Below, piece by piece: positions 37,277 to 50,039 of a stretch of DNA of 64,000 bases. The DNA is taken from positions 89,836,866-89,900,865 of the forward strand of contig NC_068983.1 of NCBI RefSeq assembly GCF_001194135.2, written 5' to 3'. The notes below the pieces were generated by a model that was not told the DNA's origin, did not search any database, and was given only the letters and a program-made list of their open reading frames with translations. The position numbers and the translations under genes are program-made. Position 1 is the stretch's first letter, and each line of letters begins with the position of its first letter. Origin of the DNA: Octopus bimaculoides. Taxonomy: Eukaryota.

Positions 37277-37418
37277 CATGAGGCCCAACACTCAAAAGGA
37301 ACTCAGCCACTTTACCTCCGTGAGGCCCAATGCTCAAAAGGAACTCAGCCACTTTGCCTCCATCAGGTCCAACATTTGAGAGGAACTCAGCCACTTTACT
37401 TTCATCAGGCCTAATGCA
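37277..37418. repeat. 42-bp minisatellite, about 3.4 copies
   Basis: cat/cgt-gaggcccaacactcaaaaggaactcagccactttacctc units at 37277, 37319, 37361, 37403. Confidence 0.85.
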
Positions 37419-37899
37419 TGATTTATTCATTTATTTATTAGCAATTCCCAATACATCCTGCTTCTGTTCTCTCCCCCCCCCCATAACCCCCTATTCACAC
37501 CCCACCAAACCAATCAACCACCAGACCAACCAAACACCTCACCAGTCAAACAGCCTTTATGATTATCTTCTCCCTAGATTCAATCCCTCTCCTCCTCCAC
37601 CCCGACATAGTGCAGCAGTTTAGCTAACAGACTGAGAGCTGTCATCCCTCTATGGGCAAGCAGTAATGGCAGTAGCAACACTTCATTGAATGAACAGAAG
37701 ATAGCCTGAACAAGGAAGATGATAACTAGGACAACAACAACACAGATCACATCACACAGAGTTAGCACTGCTGCTGACAACAACTACAACATGTAGTTGT
37801 AATAGTGGTAGTGCACTACTAATGAGAATAATAGGTAAAAGTGGTGTAAATAAAACATGATAGTAGTGATACAATGACAACTTACCAAAACAGGCAATA

Positions 37900-40800
37900 A
37901 TATACATTAACATGTGACACAGTGTAACTGACATGGTTGGGCTGTCAGCTACTAAACTGGCAACCCCACTAAGTTTGCTTGGTGATGAGGGTGAAATATT
38001 GATTTTGGACACCCTGTAGGAAAACAAAACCCAGCAAAGGGCAAAGGAACTCAGAAGAGTCAATGGCCATCCTAGCTTGGTCAGCAGTCTGTCTAGAAGG
38101 AACACTCTAATTTAAAAACTAGGGTAGATAGGGCTCCTTAGTCACCTTGGTGACAACCTGACAGTAGCCAATGGCTTCTTCCTTGGGATGAAGGTGGAAG
38201 AACCACAAAATGGTCAGATGAGGATAAGGAACATCCAACATCATCTGTTTCTCAATGGAAATTATATGAATGATGTGGATGCTTCATCTGTTATTAAAAC
38301 CTGAAGAAATTCCATCTTCAGTGCTCCTGAGTCACCAGTCCTGCATCCAGATGGACATTAATATTAATATGCACCGGAGTCTATGCTCTCTGGACAAGAG
38401 TGTGATAGGTGACACAAGCCCATAACATTTAAAACAAATTCATTGCAGAAGTATTTTGAAGGCATATTGAAAGTCCTATGGTGACAAGAACAAGCAAAGG
38501 GTGTTGTTGGAAGTTCCTAACCAGAGTCTCACACATAGGAGGTACAGAGGGTGATGATTATCGCTTTGTAGAATCTGACGGCTCCTGTAAGATTCATGCC
38601 CCCCTTTGTGTAACAAGCAGTCCTATCTAGGTGTAACACTGTTTCTCTGATATTGGAGGTGGATGAGAAAAGGAACCCTAAAAAAAGTGTTGCCTTCAAT
38701 AAGCTTGGCATTAACTGAAGCTGTCTAGCCATCCAGACTATTGCAGTCAAGATAAAGAAAAGAAGAATAAAACAAGTGTGCTAATCTTTTGTTGTTGGAA
38801 TTTAAGAACTTTACAAGACAGCACAGTCTAGAACATAAAACAGCACTAATTGTTCAGGAAATCAGCTCCTATAATATTGATATTGCTGCTCTGAGTGAAA
38901 CCAGGTTTGTGGATACTGGTTAATTTGAAGAAATTGCAAGTGGTTATATATATATATATACATATATATTGTTTTGGAGTGGAAAGCTGGCAAATGAAGC
39001 AAGAATTCATGGTGTTGGCTTTGCCATTAAATTGACTCTACTTCACAAATTCCCATCTGTCCTTGAAGCTGCTGATGAACGTCTCATGACATTCTGTATC
39101 CCCATAGGTAATTCCTAATCTATGCACATTATCAGCACATATGCACCTACTTTATCAGCATGTGAACAAGAACACAACATCTACTCCAAACTGCAGACAG
39201 TTGTCAATAAAATTTCATACTGCGACAAAATCATACTGATTGGCAATTTTAATGCCAGAATAGGCAGCAATCACATAGTGTGGTCAAGAGTAATAGGAAA
39301 ACATGAAACAGGGATGACAAACGAAAGCTGTTTATAACTGCTGTCTTTTTGTCAACAGTTTGGTTTAACAATCACAAAACAGTGTTTCAGCAGGCAGATA
39401 AGTATAAAAGCACCTGGAAGCAAACCCAATCTGGTAACTGACACATGCTTATCTATGTTATGACTAAGAACAAGGATTGCAGTGATTTCACATTCACCAG
39501 AACTCACAAAACTCCTGAGTGTAACTTGGGTCACAGAATGGTTTGCAGTAAGGTACTTGTTTGACCATATACAAAGAGGCCACTGAGATCTAGTATACCT
39601 CCAAGAATAAACGTCTCTTCTTTAAAAAATCCACAAACAACAAAAAGTTTTGAAATGCTTCTAAATTCAAAGTTTGGGAAAATAGAGGAAAGCAATGGCC
39701 CTGAAGTTTTGTGTCACAATATTCATGACAGCATCAAATCATTTGCTGAAGAAGTTCTAGGATTCCTCAAATACAAACACCAAGATTGATTTGATGAGAA
39801 TGATTCTCAAATTAAACATCTCCTTGAAACTATGCTCAAAAGACACAAGACATGGATCTCGGACAAAAACTCATCATCACTCAGATTCCTATACATCTCC
39901 TCTAAGAAAACTACACAGAAAAAACTGCATGAGATGAAAAATCTGTGGGAGAGTAAAAAAAGCTCAAGAATTAGAATAAGCTGCTAACTTTCACAACTTA
40001 AGAGCATTGTATGACAAGCTGCAAGGTGTATTTAGTCCAAAACGGGTGGTACAGAACCTATTCTTTCTGACAATTGAACAAAAGTCTTAAGTAGCAAAGA
40101 TGAAATTTTGAACGCTTTAAATCTGTATTAAATCAAGAATTCTCTACCGGTCCTGAAGTAATCAATGAAATCCTTCAGTGGCCTATAATTGAAGAACTTG
40201 CAGAAGGACCTTCCTTGGAAGACATAAGTACTGTTATTAAAAAACTTTCCAATGGTAAAGCTCCTGGACAAGATGGTATTCCCATACAAGTATGGTGGCA
40301 GACAACTTGTAAGAAAGCTGTGCAAATTGAGCTGTTTGATCTGGAAAACTGGATCTGTTCCCCAACAGTTCAAAGATGCATCTATAAGACACTTGTACAA
40401 AAACAAGGGGAAGAAGAGGGTCTGTTATAATCACAGGAGAATAAGTTTGTAGTGCATAGCAGGAAAATTTCTTGGAAGGATGATCCTTAATCACATCAAT
40501 AAATATGTAAATAAACAGCATATATCCTGAATCCCAATGTGGCTTTCTGGCTGGGAGAATCACAGCTTACATGACTTTTGTCCTCCAGCAAGTTCAAGAA
40601 AAAGCACTGAGCAAAGTACTGACTTGTATGAAGTCTTTGTCAACTTGACCAAGGACTTTGATGTAATGAATTGTGAGGCTCTCTGGAAAATTTTGTCAAA
40701 AGTTGGTTTGCCTGATAAAAGGATAAGGGTAATAGTATCCCTGTATAAAGGAATGATGGCAAGAGTGATATACAGCTGTCAATGTTCAGAAGCACTTTTT

Positions 40801-41925
40801 GTTGCTACTGGAACCAGACAGGGCTGTGTCTTAGCTCCTGTACCTTTTTCCATATTCTTTTCAATGATGCTTCAACATGCTTTCAGGGATTACCATGAAG
40901 GTGTAAAATTCTAGTTTCACACAGAAGGAGGTCTACTAAACTTGAAAGGGCAAAGTTTTAGATCAAAGGAAAAGACCAAGGAGGAGATTGTATGTAACTT
41001 TCTGTTTGCTGATGACAGTGCTCTGATTTCTCATACATTTGAGGAAATTAAGGAAACAATCAACTGGTTTGCTGCAGCAGCTCATGCATTTGGAAGCATC
41101 AAGAAGACTGAAGTTTTATTCCAACAAAAGACTGGGGCAGAACATACACAAGATTCAAATGTGATGATTGACAACAAGCAACTCAAATAGGTCAGGTCAT
41201 TTAAATATCTTGGAAGTACAGTAAACTTTAAGAGTACTTTTAATGAAATCAATGTTAGAATATCTAAGGCTACAAATGCTTTTGGAAAACTCTCCCATCA
41301 TTTGTGGGATCACAACAGTGTTAGTCTGAAAACTAAAATAAGTTTATACAAATCTTGTATTTTGAGCACACTTTTGTATGGGACAGAAGCATGGACTCCC
41401 TACTACAGACATATAAAGAAACTCAAAACCTTTCACATGTACTGACTGCACAATATCGGCAACATAAAATATCAGATATCAAAATCTTAGAAGAAAGTAA
41501 TATTTCCAGTATCCAAAGCATGCTACTGAGAATTCAGTGCAGATTGGTAGGGCATGTTCAAATGAAAGATGACCACTTTCCAAAAATTTTTTTGTATGGC
41601 CAAAAAGTAGTAAGATACTGCAGTAAAGGAAGACCTGTCCTTGTGTATAAGGATAAGTTTGAAGAGTCACTAAAATCTCTACAGCTTAACTTGACATCTT
41701 GGGAAAGTCATTGCCTAGATCAATCTGCATGGTGTAAAATGTGTCATGATGCATTAAAATAATTTGAGTTGAAGAAACAGAACAACAGAAGAATTATATC
41801 TGCAATGAATAGACACATTTGCCCAATCCTAGGCAAAATCAAAATCATCAGTGTCCCTTTTGTGGCTTCATAGCATAATCCATACCTGGACTCAAATTAC
41901 ATTCACATATCCATCACAAATAGAG
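37900..41925 (+). mobile_element. Near full-length degraded RTE (BovB-like) LINE: APE endonuclease + RT + C-terminal C2H2-like end
   Basis: WNLRTL, DIAALSETR, GVGFAI, YAPTL, GNFNARIG, GKAPGQDG, RQGCVLAP, FLFADD, CPFCG; many stops. An antisense RTE piece lies at ~38200-38750. Confidence 0.9.
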
Positions 41926-42399
41926 GCAGCTTCTTTCATTCTTTTATTTTTAAAACTTGTTTTCTCTTTTTCTCATTTTTTTCTTTAAATCTTCTCCTTC
42001 AAGCACTCATACATTGACATCAACAGAAGTGACCATCATCATTATTGTTATTGGTATTATTGTTGTTATCATTTCTGTTTATATTACCCTCCCCATTAGT
42101 TTACCATTGATATTAATGTTTACTGCCTTTCTGTTATTTTCCGTGCCTGTATTTCCAGTATTACTCACATCATCTCCACCTCCATTCTCACCATGTTTAC
42201 CCTCACTCTTCCCATTGTTGGCTTTGGTCCACTCACGACCACTATTATTATTAGCAACATAACTAAAACATTTCTCACTACCACTATCATTCCTAATATA
42301 GTTGTAGGTACTCCTATTATCAATATCATTCTTGCATATTTTATTTTGGTCTAGGTCTGTTATGTTTAGAGTTTCTGATTCCCTTAATCTACAGGTGTT

Positions 42400-43560
42400 G
42401 TATGATGCTATTATTTGTGGAGTAAGTAAATCTCATGGAGTGCCAGTTAAATAACCTCCCATATCTGCTGGACAGAGAAAAATTTCCTTGGCATGCTAGA
42501 GGTGATTTGGACCCTAAACGGAGCATTGAATCAGTTAGTTTTCATAGATTTCTCTTTTTAACTCTCCATATTGTACTGTTTATGTTTATTCTCATCTTGG
42601 TTGTCTTTATTACTCTCAATGCTATCAAGATCCTTATCTCTACTCTATTTAATTCAAGTATCTCCATGTTTGTACTATATCTATCATTCATGGGAGGGTC
42701 ATTTGTGTTTGTCTTCAGATGAATCTAAAATCTTAGCCACCAGTTTATCTTTGTTGTTGTGTTCCATTAATGCAATTTACTATTTATAAGGAGTGTCCTA
42801 TCTACAGTGGCCCCTACCATAAGGTGAATTTTTAAATCTAATTTCTTATCATATCTTTTCCACCTACAATTTAAAATCCCTCCACTCTTACCTCTCTGGT
42901 TCATACTTCAGTTAAGTTTTGTTAAGTGATGTGATGTCATTACTTGTACAAGAATTACCATGAGAGATATATTTGATTTTTCCACAATAACTGATCTCCA
43001 TTAATAACCATGTTGTTATATCCCTCCTGTCTTTTAAAAATGTCTCCATTTGCTGATAGCCTAGATATTCAAGCAAACACCCCCATGGGGAAAAAGTTTG
43101 TGATACTTTTCAGATGGTTAAATCCTCAACTTACATTCTTTAGATTTTCATTTTACTTATGGAAAGGGTGATGTGTTCCAGTGCAAAAGTCAAGTGTGGT
43201 ATCCAGAAAATTAATTCTGTTATACTCAGTTTCTATTGATATCTTAAGTCCTAATCATTTAAAGAATTTTATGAGCTTCTTCCAACACTTCTCTAATATG
43301 CATATGTTACAATCATGTACTGCAAAGAGTGTGTCATCCCTGTATGATCTGCCCTCTAGGACAGGAAACTCCGCATCTGTGCATCTTAAAATGCCTACTA
43401 GATATGTTACTTGAGCCAACCCACTCGAACCCATGATTATGTCAAAGTTATTAGGTTTTTCTTTTGTCCTCCAGAACTTACCTTCATATTCTAAAGCGGA
43501 CATTAACCGATTTCCTAGCTTGTATTTTTCTAGCTTCTATTATTGGTCGAAATGGGTATG
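42400..43560 (-). mobile_element. Penelope-like RT fragment of the YRDD type (possibly Naiad-like)
   Basis: NFDIIMGS..LVG..SYRDDTL..KLIKFFK*LGLKISIE..INFLDTTLD. Confidence 0.65.
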
Positions 43561-43849
43561 ATGCCTAAGGGATAAATGAAAATTATTTTACCTAATTTTT
43601 TATCTATATGTATGCATGTATGTTTTTTTACTTTGTTAAATATTTTGATAATCTTTTAAATTTTTAAAATCTTATTTATTTAATTATTTTTTATCATTAT
43701 TATTATTGTTGTTGCTGTTGTTTTAGTATTACCTTTCTATATTTTGTAAAATTCTTTTAATCTTTAATTTGCTTTAATGTTAATTTTATAATTTTTAATG
43801 TTAGTTTTAAATTTTAATGCACAATCTATTTAATGGTTTAACTTTTTAA

Positions 43850-44560
43850 AATTCAATTTTGAAGAATCTTGCCTCTTACAATATAGAAACATTTTTCATG
43901 GCTCTAGCAGACAAAATGGAAAAGGTGTTGCCCTGGAGGATAGTGAGGGAGATGCACTGGAATAGCCACTCTGACTCTCAAGGTTCCCACTTGTGGACAG
44001 CCCCAATAGCAGTGAGCAGAGATATGGTTCAGGGGCCAATAATGCTGGAGTTCTTCACTGTCATAGGCTTGACCATAAACATATCATAGTGACTGATAGT
44101 TTGACAGATTGCTTTTCTCAGCCTGATAAGCAGCGGAGTCTGAGCTATTAGCTAATAACACAAACTTACCACTGGAGAAGATGTCACAGCATGTGGCATC
44201 GTAGTAGAGGCCTACTGCCATGGAATGGGAAAATTGTCATACGGTGCAGCCTTTTACCAAACCCTCAGTCTAGCCCCACTGGCTTGAGCTGGGAAAGGAA
44301 TCTTGCAGCATCTAGGCCATGGTTTATGATCTTAAGGGTAGCATGGTGTGGAAGGTAGCTGGCACTATGATGGCATGACAGGGAGAGAGACAACCCCAAA
44401 TCCTCCCCAACTTCACACTTTTTCTTTCTCCTTTAGACAATCGCAGCATGCAATCTGTCCATATATACATTTGTGTATGTCTATCTATGTGTAGGGATCT
44501 AGCTTGACTCTGCCTGAAACTTGAAACCAAATCCATCCGCTTGCTGCTTGTCAAAACAAG
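43850..44560 (-). mobile_element. CRE-clade non-LTR retrotransposon 3' fragment (Zn knuckle + restriction-like endonuclease)
   Basis: Across frameshifts: LSCHHSAS..KIINHGL..PVGL..GKR..DATCCD..AAYQAEK..IIGP..WLFQCISLTILQGNTFSIL. Confidence 0.7.
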
Positions 44561-46540
44561 CGGAAAATACTCTCTACACTAGATGATTGATGAGGAAACA
44601 CTCAACCCCTTAGGACCTGTGCTGGTCAAGGAAAGGTCAGTTCTTTGTTTAAGGTTTGACCTATATTACTGACCATAGTCTATATAACAGAGAACAGTTC
44701 CTATTTCTTCCTCTTTTGTTTCAGCCAGACCAACAAGCTACACACTCTTTTGTGTCAGCCATGACCAAGGGCAGCACTTGCCTTTCGACTGCAAGAAAGA
44801 CAATACCACCTTTATCCTTCTTCCTTTCTAGTCAGCACCATACATTCCTTACTCTTTTACTCTCTACTGACAGAAACCTTTTTCTACACTATCAACTACT
44901 AGCCAGTGAGCCATCCTTGTTGGTACTATCATTAGAATTGCTACTGTCTCTTTAACATCCTGTCAGGCAAACGAATAAATATATGTAAATAATATTTCTT
45001 CCTTCATGGTGTTGATTTTTTGATGTTTACTGGTAATCTAATGCAAGAACCTTTAAGCGTTACATCTACATGCTACATTTAGTAGTGGCCTACATCATAT
45101 CAACCTGATATCACATCTTTCATCCAGCCCGCTACATAAGTATGCATAAAATATAAATATGAATATAAATATAAGAGAATGGATTAGGCAGAGCAGGAGG
45201 ATACACATAGATGGAAAGGATTGCCAAAGAGGTCACAGTTGTATGGTAAAAGATTTCCAGACAATGGACATATGAGAACAACAATAAATGAGTGAAGAGT
45301 GGATATATAGTCCGTGAGTTTATTTGGCAAGAAAAAAAACATAACTGTCCCAAAATATAACAATATAAATATAAATATATGAATATTCAGAAGAATATGT
45401 CCATAAGTAAGTTTGTCTGAAAGAAAAGAAGAGTGGAAGAAAATAATTCTTTTAATTTAATTTAATCTAAATTATATTCAGTCTTCAATTTTATTTAGTT
45501 TTAAATAACTGAACTCGATTTCATCTTATTTTAATCTCACATTTCTCCCTCTATCTCTATTTTATATCTAAGCTCACCAAAGTTTTCTCAATCTTCCCTT
45601 CATAATGTTGTTACTTCTGATCTTTAATTCATTTTCTAATTTCCCTCACTTTGCATGATAGTGTAAATGACCAAATATTGAAGATTTAAGTTGACCATGT
45701 GTGTAAATGGACCTTATAAAATTTCAACACAATATTTGGAGATTAATTAAAGTCACTCGCCACATCAGAGTGGCTGTTCCATGTTACAACTAGTTTAATC
45801 CCAGGCATATCTTCCACCAGCTGGTTATCAGTGTAATGCTGCACCCTTTATATACAATATACATTGCTAGCAGGAAGAGCGAATGCCTACCATCTTCTAG
45901 TAGACAAGATCATGAGATTAACTCACTTTTGAGCTGGTTGGCTTATCCTCAGTCATGAGCATCTGGTCACCAGAGCAATAGCCAGGATCGCTCCAGCAAA
46001 CAATATATTCTAAATGAAGTGACCATCAATCACTGATTTGTGACAAGCAAAATAGCTAGTTGTAAAATCTCAAGAAGAGATCGGAGTAGTAACTATACTA
46101 ACGAGTAAAGTTAATTTACAGAATATCTGACCTAAAAACAATGCAAGTATTTTCATGTGTGATAGTCACTTCCTTAATTTCAGCCATCCTCTGGCCCACT
46201 CTATTGTCTCTATTCCTTCATCTCTTCTTTTCTTTCCTTCTCTTCACCTTAGTCTTTCTCTTCCAAATTATTACTGCCCTTCCTCTTTCCTCTTTATCTC
46301 TCTTCCACTTGCCTCTCTTCATATCTCCCCCCACCCCACGTCATGCTTGTACCATTCCTTCAGTGTTCTGCTTTGTTATAACCAGAAATAGCTCTGATGA
46401 AAATAGCATTAATTTTTTTAGGTTGTTCAGTTTTTCTCAACTAATCAATGAACTGATTGAGTAAACCTATCACTAATGAACATTAAAGAAAATATATGTA
46501 ATGAGCGTTATTTATACTTTGTTACCTTGTTTTATATATA

Positions 46541-47607
46541 TGTAAGAACGACAGTGCGAACCCAAAAAGAGAAATGGTGACGAATGGAAAACAGGGCTCC
46601 TTTATTATAACGCGTCACACGGTCAAACACAAACTATATCAAATGATATAAATATGTTATACTTCGATAACATAGAGATTTCGTAAATGCCAGTAAGGAA
46701 GACGATAGAACACAACCGATAGAGATGAATAACAGTAATATTTATTGTAGCATTAAATTGTATGTCTGTGTGTGAGTGTATGTGACATAATAAAACATAA
46801 TAAAAGATAGGCTGTCGTGTAAAGAAAAGAGTGTGTGTAAGTGATACATGTATGTGTATGCGTGAGATACAGCAGATAGAAAAAGAGTCAGTAACACATA
46901 TAAGAATTTGCCAGTTCTTAGAGTACACAATAGTAAGAGTCTGTATGTAAGAAGTTGAGGCGTGTGGGACAGAGCGATCACTCGTCGTGATGTTAGGGTT
47001 TCCGTGCCGGGCCGGGTTCCTGAATACAGGTGTTCTTCGCAGGCTAGGTTCTTGTCTATTATTTATCGTGGTGAAGATGAATCACACAAACAGAATCGAA
47101 GAGAGAAGTTCTACGGTAGTTTGGTTAGCTTGTGTACATAGAAGTCATGTTGACGCTGTCGGGGATGCTGGTAGTTGTAGTGTCGTGTTGACGCTGGTAG
47201 TCGTAGTTGTATGAAGCTGTTGATGTCCCTGGAGCTGCTGCTGCTGCTCTGTGTGGTACACGGAACAGGTCTCTAAGAGATCTGAACCGCGACGATTTGG
47301 CAGGGATAATTTAGTCTATTTATAGCTGAAATAGGGGCTCCAGGAAAGCATTAGAAGAACCCTATCACGTGACCTTATTAGGGGCTGTGATTGGTCAGTT
47401 TGCGTTCTGGCGGGAACGGTACGAGGCAGTTGCCGCTTCAAATAATAATCAGTCACGTGATGGATACAGTAGGCTGCTCTCTACTACGCCCGAACTTGAT
47501 TATATTTATAACAGTGGGGAAGATGGTTTGTTTGTATATAAAGGCAATAGATGGTTTTGTATATAATGGTGATCGAGGTGTTAATGTTTTGTATATAATG
47601 GCGATCA
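46541..47607 (-). mobile_element. Solo-LTR-like element, CpG-rich
   Basis: TG..CA ends; minus-strand CCAAT (47390-94), TATAAATA (47317-24) and AATAAA (46601-06) in promoter-to-polyA order. No TSD confirmed. Confidence 0.55.
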
Positions 47608-47940
47608 TCATCATCGTTTAACATCCGCTTTCCATGCTAGCATGGGTTGGACGATTTGACTGAGGACTGGTGAACCAGATGGCTACACCAGGCTCCAATC
47701 TGATTTGGCAGAGTTTCTACAGCTGGATGCCCTTCCTAACGCCAACCACTCCAAGAGTGTAGTGGGTGCCAGTCAGGCAGTACTGGCAACGGCCACGCTC
47801 AAAATGGTGCATTTTACATGCCACCTCCACAGGAGCCAGTCCAGTGGCACTGGCAACGATCTTGCTCGAATGTCTTTACACATTCCACTGGCACAAGTGC
47901 CAAGAAGGCGACGCTGGGCATAGGTGCCATCACGATTTCG
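47606..47940 (-). mobile_element. RTE 3'-end copy
   Basis: catcatcatcgtttaacatccgctttccatgctagc.. Confidence 0.8.

Positions 47941-47941
<1 letters not shown>

Positions 47942-47988
<47 letters not shown>
47942..47988. repeat. (TA)n microsatellite
   Basis: Direct reading. Confidence 0.95.
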
Positions 47989-47990
<2 letters not shown>

Positions 47991-48688
47991 CATGGAAAAA
48001 TGCGAGCATGAAAAGTAATATTCTTAAGATTATAAACCTGGAAAAGTACAGAACAAGTTATTGCACCTGGAAAAGTATAGGACAAGCTACTACTTCTAGT
48101 AAAGTAAAGAATAAGAAATTTTTTATCCATGCATGCGCAGGGATTAGAGCCTTCTGGGAGGCCTGCTGGAAGCCCCTTATGTGCATGCGCAATCATCAGC
48201 AGCCGCTAAGCTTGACCACCATTCACTCTCTTCACCTTTGCTGCTGACCGAGATACACATATCTTGACCAGCTCCATGTAGCTGGAATTCTGAAGACGCC
48301 ACCCGATGTTGGCTAACCTGTGAACAATGCCTTCACAATTTGTGATTAAACCGAGTCTGCTGCTTCCACACCAAGGTGACCTGGCTACTGATGGTCCCAA
48401 GATGTAACGCTTGTACAAACAAAAAATAAATATTGTTATTTGTTCGGATATTCTTGTTCTGCTATTTTCCTTCTACGTTTATGTAAGGAATTGTGTGGTA
48501 CCCATCCAGTGCCAACATAACTTACTACAAAACTATAGTAACATAATCTTTAATATTCAAATTTTAATTTTAGCTGCAATATTTTAAGAAAAACTTTCTT
48601 ATTCTTTACCAGAAGTAATAGCTTGTCCTGTACTTTTCCAGGTTTATAATCTTAAGAATATTACTTTTCATGCTTGCATTTTTCCATG
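47991..48688. mobile_element. Non-autonomous TIR element, ~100-bp TIRs, TA-flanked
   Basis: catggaaaaatgcgagcatgaaaagtaatattcttaagattataaacctggaaaagtac.. is mirrored at 48595-48688. Confidence 0.8.
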
Positions 48689-49055
48689 TAATTCATGATT
48701 TTTCTAGGCACTGCTGTTATAAGATAATTAATAATGTATCAATTAATAATTTAAGATTTTAACTTATAAAATACTGAAAGATAATATTTCAATTTTTCCA
48801 TGTAACTGATGATAATATTTCAATTTTTTTATGTTTAATTTAAATATATGTTGTGATTGAATTATTTGATATTACCCATCCACACCAAATTAATGGCAGA
48901 GAATATTACCATCTTGTTGGTTGCACCATGGCTCACCAAAAGTTGCAAACAACATGACCCCAAAACCATCAGTTACCAGGTTCACCTTAAGTAACCTAGA
49001 TTTTGAGTTGGTGATAATAGCAATGACTGCTGCTAATCTAGATCTATCAATTATT

Positions 49056-49534
49056 AGGTAATCTTCAAGTTTAGGGACGTAAAAAAAAGTAAATAAAAAT
49101 ATACAAGGGAAATAACTTAACGTCTTACTAGTATTATCCGTACTACTCTGAAATGTGTTTTTTTTTTTAGCTGTTTATAAATAAATCACACGTTTTTTGT
49201 TGTTTTTCTAAAACAGCATGCGACGGAATTTTTTCTTATAAAAGTTTAGAATGTTTTTTCCTTTTCCAAAATGGAAACGAAATGGTTTGCAGAGTGAGGG
49301 TCAGCATTCAGTTCCAGAAATTCACCAACATTATAAACTTCAGAAATGGCAGCCAAAAAATAAACGAATGTTTTTTCTTTTGTGGTTGAATTCAATCACG
49401 TGTGTGAATTATTTATAAACAGCTAAAAAAAAACACATTTCAGATCAGTACAGATAATACTAGTAAGACGTTAAGTTATTTTCCTTGTATATTTTTATTT
49501 ACTTTTTTTACCTCCCTAAACTTGAAGATTACCC
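49056..49534. mobile_element. Foldback MITE, ~125-bp TIRs
   Basis: ggtaatcttcaagtttaggga..tagctgtttataaataa is mirrored at 49405-49534; no clean TSD. Confidence 0.85.
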
Positions 49535-50039
49535 AATAATTATTCAATTCAATAAGCATTTCGTCCAGCATACTAACGTTTCTGCCAACTTGCCATGTTA
49601 GAATGTAAGTATTCATTTTAGAAATATATTGTTATCTTAACATTATTGCTTGGGGCATTACATCTTACTTCCTCACTCACTGACAATAAATTTTATGACA
49701 TTTCACTTCATAACTTTTTTCTACTAATTTTTGTTCAATGTGACTAATGATTCTGAATTCCTCATGCATTTTTCTATCATTTAAGCCTAAGAAAAGTATA
49801 TTTGTATTTTAAAATAAAAATAAAAATATGTTAATTGAATATGAATAGGTGCCTTATTGCCCACCTTTAGATCCCACATATTTTGATGTAACTTTCTTTC
49901 TATTGAAACAAATCTCAAACTATTTATGCCAAAGTGTAGCTGAGGAGGTGTCCTCTTTAAAACTGTTAACAGTTTGCAATTTAGTTGAGAACTGAATTAG
50001 TGGTGAAGCTTGGAAGCTGCTGCGATTGATGAAATGGTG

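Noticed and set aside
43100-43260. In-frame TGA as selenocysteine in the PLE fragment
   Set aside because: The same region has TAA stops and frameshifts, so decay explains it.
47818-48247. ORFs with YIYIYI runs
   Set aside because: Translations of (TA)n microsatellites.
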